Shown: positions 47,211 to 57,149 of the stretch, one piece after another
Numbering within the stretch: the stretch's first letter is position 1
Layout: every line of letters begins with the position of its first letter
Source of the DNA: Dehalococcoidia bacterium
Lineage (GTDB): Bacteria; Chloroflexota; Dehalococcoidia; GIF9; AB-539-J10
Reading direction: 5' to 3'
Length of the DNA stretch: 64,000 nt
Assembly: GCA_030612025.1 (NCBI GenBank)
Contig: JAUWOR010000004.1
Coordinates: forward strand, 1-64,000
Notes under the pieces: model-generated
What the model saw: only the letters and a program-made list of their open reading frames with translations
Databases searched by the model: none
Told to the model about the DNA's origin: nothing
Position numbers and translations under genes: made by a program

Positions 47211-47906
47211 CTAATCTTTGAGAGCATAATCTACGGCAGCTCTCGCATGTATTGTCGTGGTGTCAAAAAGAAGAACTGGGCAATCTTCTTGTTTTACCAA
47301 AAGAGGCAATTCTGTGCAGCCTAAAATAATCCCCCGAGCGCCATCATCAACAAGACCTTTCATAATTGTTTTAATTTGCTCTCTTGATGAGTGCTTTATT
47401 TCTCCTAGGCATAATTCCTTAAAAATCACACTGTGGATTACCTGGCGGGCAGCTTCGTTGGGAATTAAAACATCGAGAGCATACTTCTCTTTTAGACGCC
47501 CTTTATAAAAATCCTCTTCCATGGTGAATGTAGAACCTAAAAGGCCAAGTTTCTTAAAACCGAACGTAATAATCTTCTCGGCAGTAACGTCAGCGATATG
47601 CAGTAGGGGAATGTTTATATTTGCGGCCACATCATTTGCCATTTTGTGCATTGTATTAGTGCAAATTAGAACAAAATCTGCCCCGCCTCTTTCTACTCTT
47701 TTCGCCGCCTCTATCATTAAATTTGTCGCCTCATCCCATCTTCCTCCACGCTGAAGTTCTCCAATATCTTCAAAATCAAAGCTATAAATTACGATTTTCG
47801 CTGAATGAAGGCCGCCTAATCTTCCTTTTACAGCTTTATTTATAATCCGGTAATACTCTGCCGTTGATTCCCAGCTCATCCCACCAATAAGCCCGATTGT
47901 TTTCAT
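47211..47906 (-). CDS. Aspartate/glutamate racemase family protein (RacX/YgeA-like)
   Basis: GLIGGMSWEST, ICTNTMH, LGCTELP, FDTT. Start at ATG 47906. Confidence 0.92.
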   Translation of the reverse strand: MKTIGLIGGMSWESTAEYYRIINKAVKGRLGGLHSAKIVIYSFDFEDIGELQRGGRWDEATNLMIEAAKRVERGGADFVLICTNTMHKMANDVAANINIPLLHIADVTAEKIITFGFKKLGLLGSTFTMEEDFYKGRLKEKYALDVLIPNEAARQVIHSVIFKELCLGEIKHSSREQIKTIMKGLVDDGARGIILGCTELPLLVKQEDCPVLLFDTTTIHARAAVDYALKD

Positions 47907-47933
47907 AACTGTTCTCCTTTGTCTCTTAACGGT

Positions 47934-48009
47934 GTCTAACATTTTACGTGTTTACGAGGTGCTGAAGGCATTTAGATAAGCGAAGCGAACCGCAAACACG
48001 CTGTTATGT
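47934..48009 (-). other. Possible integron attC-like site
   Basis: On the minus strand ACATAAC (overlapping the stop of 48004-48720)..CGTGTTTGCG..CGTAAACACG..GTTAGAC; spacing is not canonical. Confidence 0.4.
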
Positions 48010-48720
48010 GCAGTCAAAATGATCATCGCATTTGTATGGCTTGTATCTATTTTCTTTTGCATAATCATTTATGACTTTCCAAGTTTTATTTATCAACTCA
48101 CCAGTTTTCGCCATGATAAAAAAGGCAACTATGTTATCCGACAGGCATATAGGACCTCTTGTATTCATGCCTCTGCGAACTTTTTGTCCAATCTGCGCAA
48201 AGTAACTCTCTCGTTTTACTCTTGGGATATACTGATAGACCAAAATTAGTGAGTTAGAGTCCATGCGAGCGTATAAAGCACTTAACTCACTATACTTCAA
48301 GTACTTATGACCATTTCCACTTCGCATACTCTTAACTTCAAATCCATTGTCTGGGTCGATTACTACTACCGATCTATTAAGGATAGAAGAGTCAATGCTA
48401 TCAAAATATTGTTCCCTTCCTGCATTTGAAAAATATTCATCCTCTTTATAGGGGTGGTATTCTATATTTTTGCTTGACATGAAAAAGCGAAGATTCTTTA
48501 TATTCCTATTTGATTCCTTTATGCAGCCCTTTAGAAAATTGTCTAACTCTCTTCGTCTACTTCCATCATAGTCGGTCCGACTGCCGTGACCAGAGGGATC
48601 ATGTTCTGTGAGCATTGGAATAAAAGTAAAGCACTTTAAGTTGTCTATTTTCTCAATCAAAGTAAGAACCAAGTCATACTTAAGAAAATCATTCTTATCA
48701 CCGAAATACTGGTTTTTCAT
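48004..48720 (-). CDS. Hypothetical protein, low GC
   Basis: 238-aa ORF starting MKNQYFGDKNDFLKY with a DPDNG motif; no function recognised. Confidence 0.7.
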   Translation of the reverse strand: MKNQYFGDKNDFLKYDLVLTLIEKIDNLKCFTFIPMLTEHDPSGHGSRTDYDGSRRRELDNFLKGCIKESNRNIKNLRFFMSSKNIEYHPYKEDEYFSNAGREQYFDSIDSSILNRSVVVIDPDNGFEVKSMRSGNGHKYLKYSELSALYARMDSNSLILVYQYIPRVKRESYFAQIGQKVRRGMNTRGPICLSDNIVAFFIMAKTGELINKTWKVINDYAKENRYKPYKCDDHFDCT

Positions 48721-48797
48721 TTCACCAAATTTCCTCTATTTTGATTAAGTCAAAATTGGCTGGCGGGCGCTCGCTGTAGGCGAGTCCTTTTCCACTT

Positions 48798-48886
48798 TGG
48801 CGGAGAGGGTGGGATTCGAACCTGCGGTCACCAAAGGCAACATGCGCTCTCCAGTCGCGCCTGATAGGCCACTCCAGCACCACTCC
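48798..48886 (-). pseudogene. Degenerate full-length copy of tRNA-Ser(GGA)
   Basis: Colinear with 49283-49371, with substitutions that break the T stem, variable arm, anticodon stem and acceptor stem. Confidence 0.85.
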
Positions 48887-48901
48887 TATGCCCTTTTTGT
48901 C

Positions 48902-49002
48902 TCACCTCCTTTTAATTCGTATCTTCCGTGGTTCTATGATAATCAAGTTTCCCTCGAAGTCATCCTCAGATAGGTCGTTGAGTCTTTTTGTAGTTTTGGC
49001 AT
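48902..49002 (-). pseudogene. Remnant of a DUF5615-like PIN toxin (internal deletion)
   Basis: An ATG just after the DUF433 stop, then an out-of-frame tail KRLNDLSEDDFEGNLIIIEPRKIRIKRR* resembling the C-terminus of that family. Confidence 0.5.
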
Positions 49003-49003
49003 T

Positions 49004-49228
49004 TTATCCTGCTGCCTTGATCTCTTCGCTGGACAGGGTCTTAGCAGCATAGTCAAGGGCAGCTAATATATCCTCGTGAGTGATTTCGTACTCAGCCATA
49101 ACCTCCGCGTAGGTCATTCCTCCAGCAAGTTTGCCAATAATAAGGTCTACTGGGACGCGTGTCCCGCTAATCACAGGCTTACCAAAACGAATTTTCTCAT
49201 CCACGCTAATCCTCGGGGCTATTTCCAT
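49004..49228 (-). CDS. DUF433 antitoxin
   Basis: RISVDEKIRFGKPVISGTRVPV..EDILAALDYA. Confidence 0.9.
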   Translation of the reverse strand: MEIAPRISVDEKIRFGKPVISGTRVPVDLIIGKLAGGMTYAEVMAEYEITHEDILAALDYAAKTLSSEEIKAAG

Positions 49229-49282
49229 GGCGTTCCTCCTTTGATCATAATTCTTTATATCACTTTCTTCTCTAATTCAACT

Positions 49283-49371
<89 letters not shown>

Positions 49372-49384
49372 AGCTATACGTTCT

Positions 49385-49738
49385 TTAGCTGCTATTTGGC
49401 TCCAGCTCCTTTATGATTTTCCTTACTTTTACTCTTAAGGCAGGAATATCTTGCTTCACTGTATGCCAAACGGCGTCTATGTCCACGCCAAAATAATCAT
49501 GGATAAGCTTGTCTCTCGCTCCTGCCATCTTCTTCCAAGGTATATCTGGATATTTTTCCTTGAATTCTTGAGTTAACCTCTTAGTAGCCTCTCCCATTAT
49601 TTCAATCTCTCTCATCACACCAGCTTGAACTAAATTATTATCCATAAAATCCTTATATTTTACTTCTTTGGTGTATTCTTCGATTCGATATATAGCATCC
49701 AAAATATGCTTTAGATATACCTGATTGTCCTTCTTCAC
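49385..49738 (-). CDS. HEPN/DUF86 (HepT-like) RNase toxin
   Basis: YLKHILDAI, IMGEA, IPWKKMAGARDKLIHDYFGVD (Rx4H motif). Confidence 0.92.
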   Translation of the reverse strand: MKKDNQVYLKHILDAIYRIEEYTKEVKYKDFMDNNLVQAGVMREIEIMGEATKRLTQEFKEKYPDIPWKKMAGARDKLIHDYFGVDIDAVWHTVKQDIPALRVKVRKIIKELEPNSS

Positions 49739-50034
49739 TCGTAAATCACCACCATTTCCTTCTTTATCCTGTCAACTAAATAGGGGCTTATGGATTTTTC
49801 GGTTAGCAAATCTACCTTTATACCTAACGCTTCGGATAGTTCCTGTTCTATTCCTACAATATCAAGAAGAGTTTTCCCTTCCGAAAATTCAACAATAATA
49901 TCCATATCGCTTTCTGGGTTTGCTTCACCTCTTGCATAAGATCCAAAAATACTTACTTTCCTTACTCCATAGCTTGCGAGGATTGAAGTTACTTTTTTAA
50001 ATATTATATTTGTCGCAATTTTGCTTTTATTCAT
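49735..50034 (-). CDS. MNT (MntA-like) nucleotidyltransferase antitoxin
   Basis: FGSYARGE, SDMDIIV, KVDL. Start at ATG 50034. Confidence 0.92.
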   Translation of the reverse strand: MNKSKIATNIIFKKVTSILASYGVRKVSIFGSYARGEANPESDMDIIVEFSEGKTLLDIVGIEQELSEALGIKVDLLTEKSISPYLVDRIKKEMVVIYE

Positions 50035-50057
50035 CTTGTCGCCTTCATTTATCTCAG

Positions 50058-50146
50058 TGGCGGAGAGGGTGGGATTCGAACCCACGAGGCAATTGCTGCC
50101 CACCGCTTTTCGAGAGCGGCACCATCAACCACTCGGTCACCTCTCC
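50058..50146 (-). tRNA. tRNA-Ser(CGA)
   Basis: Anticodon arm CCGCT-CTCGAAA-AGCGG, long variable arm, encoded CCA. Confidence 0.95.
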
Positions 50147-50257
50147 TTGCTTATAGTGGTAATTATACCATATAGTTCATATCAGCCATGTGCTTTATAG
50201 CTCGCCCTTTATATAGTATGATTGTCTCATGCCACTAAGCGCTAGGAGCTATAACCT

Positions 50258-51274
50258 TTGATTTGGTTCAAGTTTGTTCTATGTCTGGCCATCATCCTAT
50301 TTGCTGGAACAAAGCTAGCTCGGTATGGGGATGCTATTGCCGAGAAGACAGGCTTAGGACGAATATGGATAGGGCTGGTGCTTCTTGCTGCTATTACCAC
50401 CATGCCTGAGCTGGTCACTAGTATGAGCTCAGTTGCTTTAGTTAGGCCCCCTTCCCCCGATTTAGCTTTGGGCACCCTTTTTGGAAGTTGCTTGTTCAAT
50501 CTCTCTATCCTGGCTTTGCTGGATATTCTGCACCGCTCTACCCCAGTCTTGACCGAAGCAAGTCTGAGACATACAGCATCGGCTGGCTGGGGGATATTGC
50601 TTATTGCTATTGCCGCTGGGGGTATCCTTGCTGAAGCGAGGTTTCCTGGAATGGCTCTGGGACGAATGGGCGTACCAAGCATTATTATTCTTGTGGTGTA
50701 TTTGGTAGGTATGAGACAAATGTTCCTCTCTGAACGTGGCCACCAATCGGCCACAGCGAAAGCTGATTCTCTCCAATATAAGGAGATCCCGGCAAAGACA
50801 GTATATCTCAGATTTGCATTGGCCGCGGCAGCAATTATTGCCGCTGGAATATGGCTGTCATTCATTGGTAATAAGATTGCCGAGACTACTGGTTGGGGGG
50901 CCAGTTTTGTTGGCAGTTTATTCCTAGCTATCGCTACCTCGGCACCCGAGCTGGTAGTTGCTACAACTGCCCTGCGTATTGGAGCTATAGATATGGCAGT
51001 CGCCGATGTATTAGGCGCTAATATGCTTGATATCACCGTCATTTTCCCGGTTGACGTTTTTTATAGCAAAGGATTTATTCTCTCCTCGGTATCGGGTAGT
51101 CACCTTATTACTGCTGTGGTGGTAGTGGTGATGAACCTTCTTGTTATTCTTGGGCTGAAGTTTCGGCAGAGACGCAAGACTTTTGTTGTCATTAGTTGGT
51201 ATGCCCTGGCCTTAATCGGGCTTTATATTTTTGGCGCCTATGCCTTATTTACCTCAGGCACAAGCTTAGGGTAA
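50258..51274 (+). CDS. Sodium:calcium antiporter family (CaCA) membrane protein
   Basis: Two alpha repeats, TTMPEL..GS..FN and ATSAPEL..GANM. Confidence 0.88.
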   Translation: MIWFKFVLCLAIILFAGTKLARYGDAIAEKTGLGRIWIGLVLLAAITTMPELVTSMSSVALVRPPSPDLALGTLFGSCLFNLSILALLDILHRSTPVLTEASLRHTASAGWGILLIAIAAGGILAEARFPGMALGRMGVPSIIILVVYLVGMRQMFLSERGHQSATAKADSLQYKEIPAKTVYLRFALAAAAIIAAGIWLSFIGNKIAETTGWGASFVGSLFLAIATSAPELVVATTALRIGAIDMAVADVLGANMLDITVIFPVDVFYSKGFILSSVSGSHLITAVVVVVMNLLVILGLKFRQRRKTFVVISWYALALIGLYIFGAYALFTSGTSLG

Positions 51275-51386
51275 ACCCTTATTTAAATGATTACCCTTTT
51301 CTTGACTCAGCTTTCCACCGGGAATAATATACCAGTGATAATTACAGATGCCACCTCAGCGTTAGAAGAATCCCTAGGAAGAACCT

Positions 51387-52475
51387 ATGATACATAAATG
51401 CCGCTACCTTATGTGGCTTATTTGGAAAAAGATTATTTACCGCCCGGTGTTATCGATCCTTCTCCTGCTAGTATTTGTCTACTTTGGTGCCACCTTCGCC
51501 GTTATGGCATATGAGAAGGTCGGGCTTGGCAGTGCCACAGCGCTGATCTTACCTGCCTTCTTTGGCGAATTAGGAATAGTGGAAAGCCCCTTCTTAGCAG
51601 TCCGGATTAGCATTGTGGCTGGACTGATAGCTAGCATTACCTTTCTAGCCATCATTACGGCTAAAATCACAAGCTTGCTTGTTGAATTCATTAGAAGAGG
51701 AGGAAGCATGGTGAAAAAGGTCAATTTTTCGGGTCACATTGTAATCTGTAGCTGGAATTTCCAGGGAGAGCGAATCGTTAACCAGCTACTGCCGCCTAAC
51801 CAGAAGCAATACCGCCACATCGTGGTTCTGGCTAATACAGAGCAACGACCGGTAAAGGATGAGCGTGTTGAGTTCATAAAAGGTGACCCCACTCAGGAAG
51901 AAAACCTGGTTCGAGCTGGGGTAATGAGAGCCGACAGCGTTATTGTACTCACCGACCTTTCCAAGAGTGCTAATGAGGCTGATGCTGAAGCTCTTATGGT
52001 GGTGCTGGCAGTGGAATCTCTAAACCGAAAAGTCCATACCTGTGTACAGCTCCTTAACTCCGCTAACCGTATGCATTTGGAGCGCGCCCATGCTGACGAG
52101 ATTATTTGTCTCGATCAGCTTGGAGGGAACCTTGTTGTGGCTTCAGCCTTAAATCACGGCGTTTCGCGCGTAGTGGCGGAGTTATTAACCTTCAATATAG
52201 GTAGTGAGTTCTACCGTTACGATGGTCATATATCAGATGCACTGGTGGGGAGGGAGTTTGCTGAGGCGGTGCAGGTATTGACACAGCGACGCATGATTCT
52301 CCTGGCTGTGGAGACCAATTACTCGGAAGAACTGCGATCGCAACTAAGCGCTGATATCCTGTATAAGTTGCCAGAAGAGAAACGGGTGATGGTGGTTAAT
52401 CCGCAGTCCCAGTACAAAATTCGCCAGAGCGATGCTCTCTTTGTAATTGCAGAATCAGCGCCGACCAAACTCTGA
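51387..52475 (+). CDS. TrkA-N/RCK-domain potassium-channel-like protein
   Basis: N-terminal TM segments, HIVICSWN, GDPT, RAGV..AD, ADEII; no GYG selectivity filter visible. Confidence 0.7.
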   Translation: MIHKCRYLMWLIWKKIIYRPVLSILLLLVFVYFGATFAVMAYEKVGLGSATALILPAFFGELGIVESPFLAVRISIVAGLIASITFLAIITAKITSLLVEFIRRGGSMVKKVNFSGHIVICSWNFQGERIVNQLLPPNQKQYRHIVVLANTEQRPVKDERVEFIKGDPTQEENLVRAGVMRADSVIVLTDLSKSANEADAEALMVVLAVESLNRKVHTCVQLLNSANRMHLERAHADEIICLDQLGGNLVVASALNHGVSRVVAELLTFNIGSEFYRYDGHISDALVGREFAEAVQVLTQRRMILLAVETNYSEELRSQLSADILYKLPEEKRVMVVNPQSQYKIRQSDALFVIAESAPTKL

Positions 52476-52577
52476 AAGCTATGGTGTGGCGATGTAGCAG
52501 TTGTGTGAAGTTTTAGCAATGCTAGGTCATCCAAAAGAGTTGATTAAATCACCTTGGAGTGCTAAACTGCGTTCGTG

Positions 52578-52649
52578 GCCCCTGTAGCTCAGAGGATAGA
52601 GCACTGGCCTCCGGAGCCAGGTGCAAGGGTTCGAGTCCCTTCAGGGGTA
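52578..52649 (+). tRNA. tRNA-Arg(CCG)
   Basis: GCCCCTG acceptor, CTGGC-CTCCGGA-GCCAG anticodon arm, GGTTCGAGTCC T arm; CCA not encoded. Confidence 0.93.
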
Positions 52650-52678
52650 TATTCTTAACTAAAGGAGGTGTTTATGAT

Positions 52679-53260
52679 ATGGCGCAACTAAAAAGAGATC
52701 CAATTGGGATAAGGTGGCATGGACGGGGCGGTCAAGGAGCAGTGACCGCAAGCAAAATCTTAGCAGAGGCAGGGAAATCTGAAGATAAGTATTTTTTGGG
52801 CTTGCCTGATTATGGAGCAGAGCGTGCCGGAGCTGCTATGCGCTCCTTTACTACGGTGAGCACTAAGCCGATAAGGGCTCTTTGTGAGATCGCTGAACCT
52901 GATGCAGTAGTGGTGCTTGATTCCACGCTTCTTGACGAAGTCAATGTGGTGGCTGGGCTTAAGGAAGACGGAGTGCTTGTGATCAATACCACTGAATCTC
53001 CAGCTAATATTCGTTCTAAGTTAGGCTATAAAGGGAAAATATATGCGGTTGACGCTACTTCCCTTTCTATAGAAAACCTGGGTAGAAATATACCTAACAT
53101 TCCCATGCTTGGCGCTCTAGCTCGGGCTGTCGAAGTAGTAAGCAAAGAAAATTTGGTTAAAATGATTAGAGAATCACTCAGCAGTAAATTTAAGGAAGCA
53201 GTTGTTGAGGGAAATGTGAAAGCCTTTGAGAAAGCTTACGAGACGGTTCAAGCGGGCTAA
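52679..53260 (+). CDS. porC: 2-oxoacid (pyruvate-type):ferredoxin oxidoreductase gamma subunit
   Basis: IRWHGRGGQGAVT, YGAERAGA, PNIPMLGA. Start at ATG 52679. Confidence 0.92.
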   Translation: MAQLKRDPIGIRWHGRGGQGAVTASKILAEAGKSEDKYFLGLPDYGAERAGAAMRSFTTVSTKPIRALCEIAEPDAVVVLDSTLLDEVNVVAGLKEDGVLVINTTESPANIRSKLGYKGKIYAVDATSLSIENLGRNIPNIPMLGALARAVEVVSKENLVKMIRESLSSKFKEAVVEGNVKAFEKAYETVQAG

Positions 53261-53278
53261 AAATCTTTTGGAAGGAGA

Positions 53279-53587
53279 GTGCAAATGCGGCTAAAGAGTT
53301 GGAAAGAATTAGAGACAGGTGTGGTAATTCTCGAACCAGGTAACTCGGTACTGTACAGGACAGGCACTTGGCGTACTTTTCGTCCAGTAATTGACATGGA
53401 GAAGTGTACTCATTGTATGCTTTGCTGGCTTTATTGCCCAGATGGCAGCGTTTTAGTTAAAGAGAGTAAAGTAATAGGAATTGATTATGAACATTGCAAA
53501 GGTTGTGGAATTTGTGCCTATGAGTGCCCAAAGAAGGTGATCACCATGATAGAAGAAGTTAAAGCAAGAACGGAGGAGGCAAAATAA
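53279..53587 (+). CDS. porD: 2-oxoacid:ferredoxin oxidoreductase delta subunit
   Basis: TGTWRTFRP, two CxxCxxCxxxCP motifs. Confidence 0.92.
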   Translation: MQMRLKSWKELETGVVILEPGNSVLYRTGTWRTFRPVIDMEKCTHCMLCWLYCPDGSVLVKESKVIGIDYEHCKGCGICAYECPKKVITMIEEVKARTEEAK

Positions 53588-54792
53588 TGACTGAAGTTAT
53601 GGTAAGAAAGGCTGAAGTTAAAGCTCTTGAAGGTGATAAGGCAGTTACTGAAGCCATGCGTCAGATAAATCCTGATATCGTGGCTGCTTATCCTGTTACC
53701 CCTCAAACTGAGATTGTTATGGAGTTCAGCCAATTCGTCGCCGAAGGTTTGGTAGATACGGAGTTCATCCCTGTGGAAAGCGAGTTTGCTGCTATGAGCT
53801 CTTGCGTAGGGGCTTCTTGTGCTGGTGCTCGAGCCATGTCAGCTACCTGTGGGCCGGGATTAGAACTCATGTGGGAAAACCTCTGGGTTGCTTCAGGGCT
53901 TCGCTGTCCTATTGTGATGGCAGTGGTTAATAGGTCTCATGCCGCTCCCCTTAACATACTTACTGACCAGACCGATATGATGGGGTCCCGTGATACAGGT
54001 TGGGTTCAAATTTACGCCGAAAACCATCAAGAAGTTTATGATAACTTCATCCAGGCGGTACGCATAGCAGAGCACCCCGATATTCTCCTGCCAATAATGT
54101 CTGGTCACGCTGGCTTTGTTTTAGGGCATACTCTGGGTCGAGTTGAAGTCTTGCCCGACGAGGTAGTAAGGAATTTTGTTGGAGAGTATAAACCCCTTTA
54201 TTCCCTCTTAGATATAGACCATCCCAAAACTTTTGGAGCTTACGATCACTGGGATTATTTTTTCGAACACAGACGTCAGGTATTCGAAGCAATAAATAAC
54301 GCCTTAAGAGTTATCCCAGAGATCGGGCAGAAATATGGCAAAATTAGCGGGAGGTATTACGGACTGGTTGAGCCCTACAGGCTTGATGATGCCGATGTGG
54401 TGATTATGATCATAGGTTCAGGGGCAGGTGCCTGCAGGGAAGCCGTGGATGAGATGCGAGAAAAGGACACAAAGGCAGGGATGCTTAAAGTTCGTTGCTT
54501 TCGTCCCTTCCCAACTGAGGAAGTGGTAAAGGCCCTTAAGGATAAAAAGGCAGTGGCAGTGATGGATAGATGCGCTTGCTTTGGAGCTGAGGGAGGTCCT
54601 TTATTCATCGAGACCTGCGCAGCCTTCTTCAATCGTGGTCTACGCATGAAGCTCATCGATTACTTTTATGGCTTAGGTGGCCGGGACACTGTTCCCTCTG
54701 AATTTTGTGACATTTTCCGCGAACTATCTCAAATTGCCGAGACCGGTGAGATTAAGCCGCCGCTCGTTAGATATCTTGCCGTTAGAGAGTAA
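53587..54792 (+). CDS. porA: 2-oxoacid:ferredoxin oxidoreductase alpha subunit
   Basis: AAYPVTPQT, ESE, VNR, FRPFP, GLGGRD. Confidence 0.92.
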   Translation: MTEVMVRKAEVKALEGDKAVTEAMRQINPDIVAAYPVTPQTEIVMEFSQFVAEGLVDTEFIPVESEFAAMSSCVGASCAGARAMSATCGPGLELMWENLWVASGLRCPIVMAVVNRSHAAPLNILTDQTDMMGSRDTGWVQIYAENHQEVYDNFIQAVRIAEHPDILLPIMSGHAGFVLGHTLGRVEVLPDEVVRNFVGEYKPLYSLLDIDHPKTFGAYDHWDYFFEHRRQVFEAINNALRVIPEIGQKYGKISGRYYGLVEPYRLDDADVVIMIIGSGAGACREAVDEMREKDTKAGMLKVRCFRPFPTEEVVKALKDKKAVAVMDRCACFGAEGGPLFIETCAAFFNRGLRMKLIDYFYGLGGRDTVPSEFCDIFRELSQIAETGEIKPPLVRYLAVRE

Positions 54793-54801
54793 GGAGGTAA
54801 T

Positions 54802-55734
54802 ATGCCAATAAAGTTAAAGGAGATATGTAATCAGGAAGATAAAATAGCGCCGGGGCACAGAGCCTGTCATGGATGTCCAGAAACCATTGTCGTTCGACAG
54901 GTATTGCACACAATAACTGCCATGGGTAAGCCGGTAATAACGGCTTGCCCCACCGGCTGTCTGGAGGTTTGTACCTCCCCTTATCCACAGACTGCTTGGC
55001 GGGTTCCTTGGATTCACAATGCTTTTGAGAACGTTTCCAGCACATTGGCTGCTGCCTGGTCGACTTATAAGCATTTTGTCAAGCTAGGCAAGATGGAAGA
55101 CCGCGACATCAAATTTGTGGTCTTTGGGGGAGATGGAGCTACCTATGATATCGGGCTCCAGTTTATAAGTGGGGTAATAGAGCGAGGCCAGCATATACTT
55201 TATGTTTGTCTTAATAACGAGGCTTATATGAATACCGGAATTCAACGCAGCGGGGCAACCCCCCTCGGTGCTTGGACTACCACCACCCCGGTGGGAAAGG
55301 TCTTGCCGGGCAAAACAGAACACCGTAAGGACGTCGTTGGTATGTTTGTTGCTAATGGTATTCCTTACGCTGCTCAGGCAGCACCACATGCCTGGCGTGA
55401 CCTAATGACTAAGGTTCAGAAAGCAGTTTCAATTGAGGGTCCCTCCTACATCGATGTAATAGCACCTTGCCCTCGTGGCTGGCGTTTCCCCATGGATCAG
55501 ACCATCTATATGTCTCGACTTGCCGTTGATACTTGTATGTGGCCGCTTTATGAAGTTGAGAATGGTAAATATAAGATAACCTCAAGGCCTCTTGAGAAAA
55601 AGCCGGTAATAGAATATTTGAAGGCGCAAGGGAGATTTGGGCATTTACTTCTCCCTGAAAACAAGCACATAGCTGATGAACTGCAGAGGAAAGTAGACCA
55701 GGATTGGGAGGAATTGCAGAAGCGAGCAAAGTGA
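54802..55734 (+). CDS. porB: 2-oxoacid:ferredoxin oxidoreductase beta subunit
   Basis: GHRACHGC, TGC, GGDG (TPP binding), NEAYMNTGIQRS, PCPRGW. Confidence 0.92.
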   Translation: MPIKLKEICNQEDKIAPGHRACHGCPETIVVRQVLHTITAMGKPVITACPTGCLEVCTSPYPQTAWRVPWIHNAFENVSSTLAAAWSTYKHFVKLGKMEDRDIKFVVFGGDGATYDIGLQFISGVIERGQHILYVCLNNEAYMNTGIQRSGATPLGAWTTTTPVGKVLPGKTEHRKDVVGMFVANGIPYAAQAAPHAWRDLMTKVQKAVSIEGPSYIDVIAPCPRGWRFPMDQTIYMSRLAVDTCMWPLYEVENGKYKITSRPLEKKPVIEYLKAQGRFGHLLLPENKHIADELQRKVDQDWEELQKRAK

Positions 55735-55789
55735 TATTTAACCCTGAAAGTTTTGGAGCTTGGAATTTAGGATTTGTGATTTAAGTTAG

Positions 55790-55866
<77 letters not shown>

Positions 55867-56049
55867 AAATAGGAAATAAGAGGCTTAGACCTCATGGTCT
55901 TTTCCGGGGCGGGTCGGCAAATGAATAATGGCCGATCAAATTAGAGGCGTCGCCAGGGACCTCCCTAAGTCCCTGGCTAGTAGAAATGGCTCCGAATCGT
56001 CCTCACGTAAAGCATCTCCAAGAATAGTTTATCACCTGAGCAGCCTTGC

Positions 56050-56901
56050 TTACTTTGGACAGAGCTTGCCACTATAGCGGATATAATCCCGGCGTACTAG
56101 AATTTCTTCCAACTGCCTTTGTATTTTGTCCTTCAATGTGCAGAGGGCATTAAAAAGCTTTTTCATACGACCCATCGTATCACCTTGCATACAATCATCG
56201 AATACCTCTCGATATCTCCTCTCATATTCTCTTTGCTTATCTCCATTTGTTTTAACCACTATTACATTCTCGCCATCAACGCAGAGGATCATAACTGCTC
56301 GCCCTGTCTGGGTTGTCGCCTCTTGCCAGCTAAAGTGAAAGGCCACAGGCTTCTCTCCTGCAAGCGTCAAACCTAAACGCTTGACCATAGGTTTCTCAAA
56401 TTCTGGCGTCAGCCTTGATCCAGGGTAGTCGCAACCCCTAACCCTGAGCTCCATTTTCGTCTCGCCCTCCTTCACCAGATCCTCTAGCAAATTCTCACTC
56501 AAGTCTATATATTGTGCATGTTTTTCTTTCCAAGCCTCATAATCCGCCCACAACGATTTGAAAGGCAAATGCTCCCCAAGATATTTAAAAAGTGGCTCCT
56601 TCTCCACATTCCTACAGTCTGTTAAAGTATCCTGACTAATTTTGAATGCATCCAGTTTAATACTATCCTTCCACTTTATAATTAGCTCTCTTATCTCAGC
56701 CATATGTTCAGCTGTTGCATCTTCTAATCTCCTTCTCCTCACTCGCTCCGTCCTTTCCTCTTCCTCAGCAAGCTCTAAATGACGCTTCATTGTCCTCTGA
56801 TCCCAAATGCCAAAACTCTTCATTATTTCAGCGTATGTAGCGCCATCTCTATGAAGCCGAAGCATTCTCTTCCTTTGAGAGGGTGTTATTCTCCCTGGCA
56901 T
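56050..56901 (-). CDS. Hypothetical protein with a probable N-terminal helix-turn-helix
   Basis: LRLHRDGATYAEIMKSFGIWDQRTMKRHL followed by a charged helical segment. Confidence 0.6.
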   Translation of the reverse strand: MPGRITPSQRKRMLRLHRDGATYAEIMKSFGIWDQRTMKRHLELAEEEERTERVRRRRLEDATAEHMAEIRELIIKWKDSIKLDAFKISQDTLTDCRNVEKEPLFKYLGEHLPFKSLWADYEAWKEKHAQYIDLSENLLEDLVKEGETKMELRVRGCDYPGSRLTPEFEKPMVKRLGLTLAGEKPVAFHFSWQEATTQTGRAVMILCVDGENVIVVKTNGDKQREYERRYREVFDDCMQGDTMGRMKKLFNALCTLKDKIQRQLEEILVRRDYIRYSGKLCPK

Positions 56902-57099
56902 CTTTAAAAAATCACCTTTCCAGTTTTTGCAGTTTGCTAAGCTTTGAAAATGCCTTATTTTGTATTTTCAGTGCACTTCCTAACTTGCCATTTTGTATTT
57001 TACCACATTTATGTTTTTCCCGTACCACCTTATACTGACAGCGTAACTAGAAATACGGAAATCGGTTGAATGCAAGTCCATATTAACTCTCCTTTAAAG

Positions 57100-57130
57100 T
57101 ATAGCCCGCTTTCGACCAGAGCGGGCTATA
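57100..57130. terminator. Hairpin with CGACC loop
   Basis: tatagcccgcttt-cgacc-agagcgggctata. Confidence 0.45.
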
Positions 57131-57149
57131 TTGTTAGAAGGGATGCTTT

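Noticed and set aside
50242-51042. Long antisense ORFs (266 aa here, 225 aa at 21665-22342)
   Set aside because: Shadows of well-supported genes on the opposite strand.
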